This document shows positions 11,938-23,271 of a DNA stretch of 64,000 nucleotides, piece by piece. Below the pieces are notes generated by a model, which worked only from the letters and a program-made list of their open reading frames with translations, had not been told where the DNA came from and did no database searches. Position numbers and translations under genes: made by a program. The stretch covers positions 850,613-914,612 of the forward strand of contig BCKZ01000001.1 of NCBI GenBank assembly GCA_001600815.1, written 5' to 3'. This DNA comes from Alloascoidea hylecoeti (Eukaryota). The number at the start of each line of letters is the position of its first letter. Position 1 is the first letter of the stretch.

Positions 11938-14900
11938 ATCTATTTAAAATGGAGTTAATTTTAAATTGAATGAGATTGAAATGGAAATTTTTCATATTCA
12001 ACAGTAGATATATTTGTCATTTATATATTAGAAAGCTTTCAATATCCGTTCGGGAGATATTGCGTAAGCATTAAATTCCGGTTCATCTTTGAATTAAAAT
12101 CAATTGCAAAGATGTGAGTATGATAATCATATGGTATGTTTCACTTAATTATATTTTTATTCTTCTGGCAAGTTACATGATTGCAATACTAATATAATGT
12201 TTGATTAGAATGTAGCGAGATGACTGATGGAATATTCATAACAATATTTTTTAAAAAATTTCATAATTGCAAGATGGTTGCATGTAAGGTTTCAGATAAT
12301 TATTTATAAAGCTTTATACCAATATGGCAACCTGAATTGAATTTTTGCATTTGGAGTCCAAATGTATATACTATATACGTACGGCATTAATATCATTAGT
12401 ATGAATTAAAATATGAGCTGATGAAGAACAATCATGCTGGAAGCTTAAGTATACCCAATATTACCCGTGATAAAAACAGAAGGCCATGGACTTTAATCTA
12501 GATTTAAGATTATCTTTCCACAATTTTATATTTTCTATGCATACTCATATTTAGTACAAATGGAAATTTGCTATATTACAACCTATAATATTAACTATAG
12601 CTATAGAGAGGTTGAGTTAAGTACTAATCCTAGTCGATTCCTTTATATGATCCGTTAATGTGGTTGTTAACGTTGTAATTGGAGAGATGGAAATAATAGT
12701 ACTTAAGCTCGAATCCTGATCCTGTAATTAAATACTTATGTACTTATATATGGATTTATCATTTCTAAGTTCTAATTAACATAAATATATCAATTGCAAA
12801 AACATATTCATATTTTATAATAAAACTGTCACAAGTGTTACCGATATAGCTACTGCAGCTGTATAAAGCTGTTGTATACACTTACATATTTGTATTACCA
12901 TAGCTATGATTAGTTACTAGTATACAATAAAGATCATCAGCATTTTTACCAAAATAGTAATTATCAAGTTAACTAGATCTTTAGCTACATCACAGTTGAG
13001 AAATAGAATTATTTTATTTACTCCGATGGTATCTGTTCCACAATTGCAATAATTATATAAAGCTTTATAAAGGTATGTAAGTATTATCATACTCTCTAAA
13101 TCTCACATATTGCAGATTTTAATGCGTAATTATAAGTTATGTCAAAAAAAAAGAAAAATAATCAAAAAAGTCAAGAGCTTAATTATAATTTAGTTGGGGG
13201 GAAAATATAGCAAGAATCTGTAAGATAATATAATCAATCGAATTCTATGTAGTAGGAAATAAAACCTCACCATTGCAAACACACGCATGATGTTTAATTT
13301 CCCCGTATCTTCCTTGCAACTAATCAACTCTATTGTATTTAATAGCATTATAGCAGTTCTAAATATCTGCGTTGCGAAATCCCGTATGTAGTGCCAGGTA
13401 CCGATCGACGGCGGTTATCAAACAACAAATGTAAATATTTTTAGTCGTAAGACTAATATTGATAAACGTAAATATATATATATTCACAAAGCTTGACGTA
13501 CTGCCTGAAAATATCCCACGATCACGACTGTCAAATTCATATATTCATTCATAAATTTGATATAGTTAATTGTTTATGCATTGCCAACTTGCCAAGCACC
13601 TTTAAATTATAAATACTTTTGCCAAGAGATCGGGCTCATATAATAATTCGTAGAAATAAAACACCCTTGCATAAGTAAAGTTGCCTTGATACTACAGAGA
13701 TATAAATCATACATTATTAGACATATATTTATGGTGTGATTTAAGAGTTAGGGTATTTTCGGATGCTAGTCTCCAATTAAATGTCAGACTTTTGATTTAC
13801 CAACCAATCATTCAATTTACTAATACTAATTACAAGTTTAATCATAAGGATATATGTGATTGTTAAAACACACCCCTAATTATCCCTCTCTAAACTCCCC
13901 TAGTTTAAGCATATTCATAATCTTATCTCAAATTCACCGCTCAAACCCAACATTGATTTTTAAAATCATTTGGAAATATAATTTTGAGTTTTTCTTGGAT
14001 CTCAGCACAATTCATACAAACCTCCCATGTATTAACTGCAGTTGGTACGTGCTATTAATTATAAATATGGTCGAATTTAATCTAGATGATCTTTGAAAAA
14101 ATTATTATAGTTATGCATAGATTGATCGGATAGATCAGATGGATTAGATTTCAATCTTGATCGATCAGATAATTAATTTCAATGCAGTTGCCTATATTTT
14201 AATATAAAATTCTTTACTTGACAACGTTAACAAAATTAAGAATAATTAAATAAGATTGGTTAAATGAGGGAACTTTTCAGCCATGATATTATGGGCACAT
14301 GACTACCTACAGCTATATTCATATATTTTTATATACAGTGTCTTATATGTATGGATTTACTGTAAAAGAAAGAACCATTTTTATTAAGATTAAGAATAAC
14401 ATTAGCAAATATAATTATTAGTTACAAAATGTATTGGACACTTAGACTTGAATAATATTAAATAATTCCACTTACATTGCAATTGAGGAGCTTAAAGCTG
14501 ATGGTAGTTGTATATTAATGTATAATGCTGAACATCTCATTATAAGCCGCCGCAATCAATTAAGTTATATATTATATGGAATCCCTAAATTTTTCACCTT
14601 TTGGTTACTCACTGAAAAATTTCAGTGAGTTACAAAGTTCTAATTACCATTTTCAAACTATTTCTGGTTCTTATAATATATTCTAAATTTTAAGGGCTCG
14701 GATTCACTACAAACTTCAAAGAAGGATCACTTATGGAATGTCCATGATCTATTGCAATGAATTTAATTAGATAACCAAAAAATCATAAGTTTATTGTTAT
14801 CCTGTATATGTCAATTAAATATAAAACCAGATACATATGGCTCTGGCTTACATTTAAATATTTAGTGAACACTGAACACCGCGACCGGTCCAATATGCAT

Positions 14901-15129
14901 GTGTGTCTTATAACTAAGATATGGTATGATAATAGTTTATTTACAATTATAGAATTTATAGTTATAAACTTAATTATCTTGAGAGTTGCAGCGAATATTA
15001 AACAGTAGATAGTCAAGTCTGACAGGGTGTGTTGGCCCACCACAATTACTTCACTCAGCAACACCTAAACCTCTTGATAAATTTTATTTTTAAATATCTC
15101 ATCGAAACCTTATCAATATAACTAACTTG

Positions 15130-15600
15130 GCTGAGTACAGAACAAAAGCAGCATCTTATCCATTTAGTCGGAGCCGGTAATACGGTACTAATACCTATCC
15201 TGAAGCTGCTAGGATAGTTGGTGTTAACCGTAGTAATGCGAAACGCCTCTGACTTCATTAGAAAACCACCCATACTGTAGATCTATATATATAGAGTATA
15301 CCAGACGAACAGGTAGAAACTCAATATTATCTTCGTGAGATCACAGGTGTCTAATAAGAAATTTACAACACAATCTGACGAAAAACACTCAAGATTTGGC
15401 TGCTCCGTAGAGATTCCAAGTAACCTCTGCAATAAAAAAGAGAACTTTAAATAACAACTTTACTTGGAAAAAATTGGGCAAGAAACTAATTCTAAAAGCA
15501 GGCCATGGAAAATGGAGGCCTGAATTTTCCAAGAATCATATTAATTGGACAGTAGATGATTGGAAACGTATGATATTTCTAGATGAATCCTCTGTGTCAA
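15130..15600 (+). mobile_element. Degenerate Tc1/mariner transposase relic
   Basis: Fragments across frames: LSTEQKQHLIHL..TYPEAARIVGVNRSNAKRL (HTH), RRTGRNSILSS*DHRCLIR, KKLILKAGH..EFSKNHINWTVDDWKRMIFLDES (first catalytic D). Stops and frameshifts are present and no paired TIRs were found. Confidence 0.8.
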
Positions 15601-16096
15601 AAACTGTCGTATCACCCATTATGTTTCTGAAAAATAATCTGTCAAACTCAAAATAAAAGTGGAAGCTCTAACCAAAATGTCTGAAGCGTAGAAAACACAA
15701 TGATCAATAACTTAATCAAAAATAACGACTTCTCTGGAACGTGTCTACCATATCGCTACTCTTATGTTTCTTAGCTGGAATGATAACTTGTTATAAGTTA
15801 TAGATTTCTATTGTATAGACTAAAATTGCCGAATTCTTTATTATAAAATGTAGTGATTGGCTAGAACTACGCTTCATATTTTATACATGTATAAACGATA
15901 TATTCCGTAAGTTCTGTATGCTTTCTTCCGGGGTTCGCCCATACGACTCGTCAGCTGCAAAGTGATGGGATCAGCTAGATCAATCCCTTTTTAATCGACA
16001 GGGCATATCAATGTCAAAGCGACTAAAACTACATGTGTGAACCAAAAGGAGAGCGTGTTAAGTACTAGAATTATCTCCAGTGATTTTTATAATATA

Positions 16097-16187
16097 TGTT
16101 GGATATATTACACTCTTAGAACAGTTCACTAAAGGGTCGATTGGCTTTTTGGCGCAACTGGGAGAACAGGCACTTTGAACTTTAACA
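16097..16187 (+). repeat. 5' LTR (91 bp, TGTT...AACA)
   Basis: Differs from 19084-19176 only by a 2-bp TA indel and one G/A change. Directly followed by the PBS. Confidence 0.92.
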
Positions 16188-16199
16188 TGGTAGCGGCGC
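16188..16199 (+). other. Primer-binding site, probably tRNA-iMet
   Basis: TGGTAGCGGCGC immediately after the LTR. The first 8 nt match the Ty1 tRNA-iMet PBS (TGGTAGCGCC). Confidence 0.75.
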
Positions 16200-18318
16200 T
16201 GGTATTGCAAGCACATCTAGTGTAGGTGCGGCAATTTCAACAGAAACGATCCGAGCTTTGCCCAAATTAGTGATGGGAAAGAACAACGCATCCTTTGAAC
16301 GATGGGATTATGCTGTAACGTCGACCTTACGGAGATATGGTCTGGCTAAATATATCTCGGTGACAGAAGGAGCAGCTTTTTATGAGGATAATGGAAAGCT
16401 AAAGAAAACACTCGGAAAGAGAAGTTCTAGAGCATGACAATGTGATGACTATTTTGCTGGGATCAACAGCGGTCGATCTACAGGTCTACATTGATGTTAG
16501 AAAAGGTGCTTTAACAAGTTATGTGAACTTGAAGAAGGTATTTCACTACCAAAAGTCGGTACCTATTTTGTTAAGAGAGATCACCAGTTTAAGATTTGAT
16601 GGTGATGAGACTGTTATGGAATTTGTGACTAAATTTCAACAATATTTGCGAGATCTTGAGAGTGGCGGATTAGAAATGAGCGATGAGATTGCTGATTCAC
16701 TCTTATTAAGTACATTATCAGGTCCTTATGAAAGAATCACCGATGATCTGATTAACAATAATAATGGTAAGGATTATTCAGATATCCTAAATAGAATGTT
16801 AAATATTGAAGAGTCTATAAAAGATAAAGATACAGTTGTTATTGGAAAGGTCAATACACAACGTAATGAAAATTCAAATCGTGGTGGTTATAGAAATAAT
16901 AATAATCGTGGTGGTTATAAAAATAATAATTACAGGGGTAATTATAACCAAAGAAGAGAACCACGAAAATGCTATAAATGCAATTCTTTAGACCATATTT
17001 ATCGGAATTGCCCTATTAAGAAGGCACAGGATGAAGCTAATAGAAAATCTAAAGAGAACACCAAGAGTGAAACAGATTATAAAGATACTGAAAGTATTTT
17101 TATGGCTACAACTGGAAATAATTCAAAGGATGATATGATTTTGGATTCAGGAGCCGGTTTTGGAATAATGAATAATAACATATATATTCATGAATTTACT
17201 GAAGATTTAGCAGATTTACCAATAATCACATCCATTGCTGGTGAAGTATTGAAGATTCATGGCCAAGGTAAGATGAAATTGTTATTAGGAGAACAATACG
17301 TCTTTATAAGATGTGTTTTGGTTAAGAATAGCCCCAACGTCATCCCTACTAGAGAACTTCATAAGTTAGGTTTCTATATTAGGGAAAATAAGAAACAAGA
17401 TTGGCTTGTTTATGAAGATGAAGTGAAGCCCGTCGCTCGCATTTATCGACGTGATGGTAATCAGTGTATTCATGATTCTAGAGTCATAAAGAATTTAAAT
17501 ATTGAAAAGAAAATCAATTATGTTCATTCTAAATATGCACATATAGGAAAATCACTATTACTCCATAAGAATTCAATGTTGTCAGAGAAGGAAAAAGAAG
17601 AATTAAGAAAAGAAGAGGATTGTTTAAGTTGTGCCGTTGGTAAAACACAGAGACAATCAATGGTATCTAAAAATGATAGATATTTAGATGATTNGGAAAT
17701 TTACGCTGACATAGCTGGTNCTTTTAATGTATCAAAAGATGGTGCTAGATACTTACTTCTTTTTAAAGATAGNAAAACTAAATGTGTTTTTCCATTCACA
17801 ATTAGTCACAAGAAAAATATTGAAAAATATTTTATAATTCTATATGAATTCTTACTGAACCAAACAGGAAAGCGCATTAAGAAATTAATAAGTGATAATG
17901 GTAGAGAATTTTCAAATATGGCAGTTACCGAAGCGCTCCAATTGAGAGGTGTCCACCAAATATTTGGATCTGTTGAATCTCCTCAAAGTCAGGGTTCTGT
18001 TGAGAAGGAGAATCATGTGGTTTTGAATTTGGTCAGGTCCATTTNACACGATTCTAACCTCGGTGATAGATTTTGGGATCTAGCTGCAAAATATGCAATT
18101 GTGACTCGCAATATCATTTTGGGTAAATTTAATCAATTGGGAATTAATTGTGTTAGCAACATCAAACATATCCATAAATTTGGTTCACGGGTAGTATTTC
18201 GGAGACCTCAACAAGAAGTGAAATCAAAATTACATATGAGAGGTGAATTGGGAACTTATGTTGGATTAAAACATTGGGTGGCATTGATAATGGATGACAA
18301 TGGCAGGTTGTTCCACAC
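16189..18318 (+). CDS. Copia Gag-Pol (Gag N-terminus in a different frame, +1 shift near 16403-16436; interrupted by the N-gap)
   Basis: Gag N-terminal motif LPKL.MGKNNASFERW..TLRRYGLAKYI, zinc knuckle CYKCNSLDHIYRNC, protease ILDSGA, HHCC (HSKYAH..CLSC), integrase ADIAG..SDNGREFS..SQGSVEKEN. Confidence 0.88.
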
Positions 18319-18548
18319 NNNNNNNNNNNNNNNNNNNNNNNNNNNNNNNNNNNNNNNNNNNNNNNNNNNNNNNNNNNNNNNNNNNNNNNNNNNNNNNNNN
18401 NNNNNNNNNNNNNNNNNNNNNNNNNNNNNNNNNNNNNNNNNNNNNNNNNNNNNNNNNNNNNNNNNNNNNNNNNNNNNNNNNNNNNNNNNNNNNNNNNNNN
18501 NNNNNNNNNNNNNNNNNNNNNNNNNNNNNNNNNNNNNNNNNNNNNNNN

Positions 18549-19053
18549 CTCATCGCTCATTTCTAATCCGCCACTCTCAAGATCTCGCAAATATTGTTGA
18601 AATTTAGTCACAAATTCCATAACAGTCTCATCACCATCAAATCTTAAACTGGTGATCTCTCTTAACAAAATAGGTACCGACTTTTGGTAGTGAAATACCT
18701 TCTTCAAGTTCACATAACTTGTTAAAGCACCTTTTCTAACATCAATGTAGACCTGTAGATCGACCGCTGTTGATCCCAGCAAAATAGTCATCACATTGTC
18801 ATGCTCTAGAACTTCTCTTTCCGAGTGTTTTCTTTAGCTTTCCATTATCCTCATAAAAAGCTGCTCCTTCTGTCACCGAGATATATTTAGCCAGACCATA
18901 TCTCCGTAAGGTCGACGTTACAGCATAATCCCATCGTTCAAAGGATGCGTTGTTCTTTCCCATCACTAATTTGGGCAAAGCTCGGATCGTTTCTGTTGAA
19001 ATTGCCGCACCTACACTAGATGTGCTTGCAATACCAGCGCCGCTACCATGTTA
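18549..19053 (-). repeat. Inverted copy of the element's own U5 tip, PBS and gag 5' part (equals 16183-16687)
   Basis: Reverse complement of 16183-16687, including the same frameshift. Its left end runs into the N-gap. Confidence 0.9.
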
Positions 19054-19069
19054 GTAAAGTGACCTGCCT

Positions 19070-19083
19070 AAGGTTGGGGGGTG
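19070..19083 (+). other. Polypurine tract
   Basis: AAGGTTGGGGGGTG immediately 5' of the 3' LTR. Confidence 0.7.
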
Positions 19084-19176
19084 TGTTGGATATATATTAC
19101 ACTCTTAGAACAGTTCACTAAAGAGTCGATTGGCTTTTTGGCGCAACTGGGAGAACAGGCACTTTGAACTTTAACA
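19084..19176 (+). repeat. 3' LTR (93 bp)
   Basis: Near-identical to the 5' LTR and followed by the TSD ATATA. Confidence 0.92.
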
Positions 19177-20943
19177 ATATATATTTAGACAGGTTAGGAA
19201 ATATGATTTCTATTTTGTTTGGTAATATTTCCCTACAAATTAATCCTTTAATTAATATTTTATGTTTATGAGTTATACCGTAAACGCCATAGTACTCGGA
19301 TACCACAACATTGTTCTGTTGTATTGGATTTGGAAAATAAATGAAGTTTTCGCGTATGACATTATGACGTTATAGAAGGTTCTCGCTGCTTTTGTTTACC
19401 ATTTAGTTTTATATATATAGCTTTATATATATAGCTTTATATAATTTTTAATATTGATTTTATAGAAAACCTATAAAGAAATAATATTAATGTCTACAGA
19501 GCAAATTAGATTAAGGTATTGCCTCTTATATTCCAAAGTTGAGAGTGAGCTTGTTTTTATGATCGTTCTAATTCATTAAAGCGTTTGTAAATGCCGTTTC
19601 AACTTTATCGTATTTTAGGGTGGTCATCCAGAATTTATAGATCTGCTCAATTATTATAATACAATATGATAATACAATAACCTCCTTAAAAAACATTTAC
19701 ACTATTATTTGATTATAGAGGCATTATATGATATCAATTTGGCAGCTCTCGAGTGATAATGGCATAATAAAAATTTGCGTTTTTGAGTAAATCTACTGAG
19801 AAAAATGAGTTAAATTTTGGAAACGTTCTCACACAGAAAATTTACAAGGAGAAAAATACTAAACCAAGATTATTAGCGTAGTGAGGTTAGCTAGCTTTTA
19901 GTTATATATATAGTATTTATAATAATACAAGCCTTCTTGCCACGCAGAGCTAAACAGGTGTTTTGATTTAAAGATACGGGAAATAACGATTCCCGAAATT
20001 ATACGCTAGATTCAATCGAAACTAAATTATTGATATATTAATTACTTCAGTTTTTCACAGATACAAATATACAATATAACAACCGAAAAAGAATTAAAAT
20101 TTTAATAATACACATGAATATATTTTTTGTTGGTTTTGTAATTCATGGTTGCAACTAGTATCCGAATATGCTAACTCATCCAAAGACTATATTGTACATA
20201 ATATATAATGAATTCATATTTTGGTGATGTTGGTCGTTCTTTTAGTAAGCACTTATTCTTGGGTGGTCAGAAACTCTGGACTGGTGAATAGCAATGCAAA
20301 CACACTATCCTCTTTACTATCCTCAATGTGTTATAAAGCTTTCTTCTCTAGGCGAACCTGTTTTTTCTGAGATACCTTCTTTAGTGTTTCCCTTACAATC
20401 TGCCAACCTTTTTTCCTGTTTATTGGCTCAGTGGTTCAGTGAGGAAAGGTGCCTTCTATAGAGAATTTTTCTGCCCTTCAATAAATTTCTCTTGTAGGAA
20501 AACAGATGAGATCCTGGCTCTTGTACAGTATTCCTCACTACAATAAGTGAGGCCTGTGCCCGGTTCTTTCTTCATAACATGCTAATGACTTTTATCTCAT
20601 GAGCATTCAGTTCATCACTCGAAGACTCTACATTCCCTGATTCTAGATTGTTTTGTACTGATTCTGCATCGACTGAAAAGGTATCAGAGTAGCACAGTAT
20701 GAATTAAAGGGATCCAAATCATTCAATAGCAATTTCAGCAATGATGATTTTTGTTGTCATGCAGTGCGGACGATTACTTTGATGAATTTTCAGGCAAAGT
20801 TCCACTGCGGGTGAGTGACACATTCTAACGATGTGACAATCGCGTCGCAGATCCCGTTCAATTGCAAAGATTTTAATCCATTACTCAGCATCCATCTGTT
20901 AGCTCTTTCGCTAGGAGAAGGGTAGAATTCAGTTTCATCAATC

Positions 20944-21400
20944 TCACTTGCTGATAGTAATGCTACTCAACCAAACCTCTAAGTGATACCAAAATTTAAG
21001 AACATCTTTACTAGTGGAAAGATACCGATATACGTGCAATGTGTAAGTCTTAACATAGCTGATCCATGGATTTCTATCAGGAAAAATCATATAGTGTCTG
21101 TTAATAATCACTTCGTTTGGGCGGCGTTTTTCCTGATGGTGTGCTCCAATCACTTCATCCACCGTATGGTAAAATTGCTCCATTATTACAGTAATAATCA
21201 TGTGTATTCCACCGCAGTAATCCAGTGAATCAATAGGTTGTTTCTCTTTTAACTTTGTAAGCAATTGATATTTTTCGTTTATCTCACTCGAAAGTATCCA
21301 TCATTCTTTCTGCAGTAAGATGTTGAACGAGGCATAAGCAGCTTGCAGTTCTTTCTAGGAATCTTTGAAAGCGACGTGATCGGTTCAAGTGCAATCTGCT
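20944..21400 (-). pseudogene. Possible decayed retroelement-derived sequence (integrase H2C2-like)
   Basis: EQFYH..IGAHH..NRHY..P..ISYVKT resembles the Ty3/gypsy integrase zinc-binding region with the Cys residues lost. The region is GC-richer than its flanks. Weak call. Confidence 0.3.
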
Positions 21401-22303
21401 TAAAACATTTAGCTATTGTAGCCTGTCTCAAGATATCTTTAGTTCCCTATTGCCACTTTCAGGAATGAGTAACTACTACGGGTGCTAAACCGGGCGAAAA
21501 TTAATCGAAATTAAATTACCGCACTTGATCATTTGTAGCCTATTACTTATAGTTTTCAATTGTACCACTAATTAGGAACGTAATCTTTTTTTCAAAAAAC
21601 TTACAAAGCAGCAACTCCAAATCCATCATCATCAATCATCATGGTAAATTTCAAGAATTAGTTGCACAAGGTTTGGGAATTAATTAAGTATAAGATGGTT
21701 AACTTTCTTTAACTAAAATGTTTACGTTAATTAATTCAACAAAATCGCTAATTCTGATGATAAATAATCTGTATATTATATTATCTTACGAACCACTACC
21801 ACCGTTATTTAGGTGAAGAAAGATGATTTTTTCAAAAATTATTAAGAGGTTTTCTGATACTAATTCAACTAAGTCCAAAAGAATCTGCGAATTTGCTACC
21901 TCTCACGCATGCCCGCTAAAATTTGTAGATAGATGAGAAAATCGCCCAAATTGGCCAGGTATACTGAACCATATGCTATACATGTACTTAAACCATACAA
22001 ATAGAATGGGGGCATCAGTAATTTCGGGTCCATAGGTTATACGGTAAGTACTAAGTATCCTCAGTTTGCCATTGAATGACAATTGCTCAAGGGAGACAAC
22101 TCGTATCCTGCAACCAAGAATCCAAGATTTAAGTTTGGAATTATATGCCATCTACATCGATATCTGAGATCAAGCTAGATCTCATATATTATACAATTTA
22201 AAGATCTAGTCATCTTATAGGCTAAATGCCGCTGGATAATAGCTGGCTTCATTTACGGCTGTCTGCTAATATACATGTAATTATTTCCATTAGGGAAAAT
22301 AAA

Positions 22304-22475
22304 TTTGCTCGTTCATATATTAGCATTTTTTTTTATATGCAAAATTAGTACTATACTACATAGTTATTAGTTAATAGTTACTAAGTTTGCTGCCGATGTA
22401 TATAATATTTATATTCATATACCATATACGTTTGAAATTGGTAGGAAATGGGAGTATATAATATTAATTTGCTCA
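22304..22475 (+). promoter_or_regulatory. Mac1-type copper-response elements (TTTGCTCG 22304-22311, TTTGCTCA 22468-22475)
   Basis: Match the CuRE consensus, 0.8-1 kb upstream of FRE copy B. A near match TGAGCAAT lies at about 22523. Confidence 0.45.
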
Positions 22476-23103
22476 ATATATACTTATATTAATATTAATT
22501 AAGGGTCTTATATAGGTTCTGATGAGCAATATATTTCCAAATTCAGTCAGTTTGTTTCTTCGTATATGTAGGCTTGGTTTCTCTTTTGTTTGAACATCCA
22601 CCTTTCATAAATATATTAATTAGGAGAGGAAAATTTTTCCGAATAAAACATTGACCTACTTCTCTCTTGTGTGATGATATCTATTAACGATGAGCACTTT
22701 TATGTCATATAATTAGCTAAGAATATTACGAGATAAATATATCTAATATACACATTCATGACGTTAACACCTGCATATGATAACTTGCGCAGTGCGCTTG
22801 CAATCTTTTGCAACAGAAAGCTCTTCAATTAACACCATCAACTGTTTTTCAATACGTTGAGGATCAAGGCATCTCACTTAAAAAATAATATAGCAACTTG
22901 CATAGAGAGAGATAGAGCCATTTCTCGCGTGTGCCGAGCTTATGTAACTATAATAACAAATATGGCAATAGCTCTATAATATAATTAATCTATTTATTAT
23001 TAGATGAAATTTCATGGGTGTCTGCAGCTGTAAAATTAGAGGAGAATAAAAATCATAACATACATTAGATCAATAATATGAAAATTCCAAATTTGGCTAT
23101 AGA

Positions 23104-23112
23104 ATCTGATAA
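23104..23112 (+). promoter_or_regulatory. Iron-responsive GATA-repressor site ATCTGATAA
   Basis: Matches the ATCWGATAA consensus of SreA/Fep1/Sfu1-type factors, about 160 bp upstream of FRE copy B. Confidence 0.5.
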
Positions 23113-23271
23113 TTATATCTGTATAATACAATGCCTTATAGTTACCTGCATATGTTAATTTATATATAAAGGGTCCACACTTCCAATTGACAGCTTCGGT
23201 TTAAAATTTAAGGAATGCTTTCAATTCCACATTCCTTAAATTGTGTATTAAAAAAAACAAAATAAAAGGAA

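Larger units (their letters stand above)
16097..19176 (+). mobile_element. Ty1/copia LTR retrotransposon with very short LTRs; RT/RNaseH not visible (assembly gap 18319-18548)
   Basis: Direct LTRs 16097-16187 and 19084-19176, 5-bp TSD ATATA (16092-16096 and 19177-19181), PBS TGGTAGCG, G-rich PPT, gag-PR-IN order. Confidence 0.92.

Noticed and set aside
15022..15050. CAGGGTGT as a Tc1 terminal inverted repeat
   Set aside because: Not preceded by TA, and no matching inverted partner was found.
18162..18794. ORFs spanning the N-run (including 18266-18553 and 18294-18566)
   Set aside because: Artefacts of translating through 230 Ns. Only the gag duplicate part is real sequence.
15789..19310. 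Possible older solo LTR (TGTTATAAG...CCACAACA) interrupted by the copia element
   Set aside because: The flanks (TAACT vs TTGTT) give no TSD and there is no second copy in the window.
19408..19443. 14-bp tandem repeat TTTATATATATAGC x2.5 (also the 27-bp RGGY repeat in gag and the CAA repeats in REB1)
   Set aside because: Ordinary slippage repeats. No spacer structure, not CRISPR-like.
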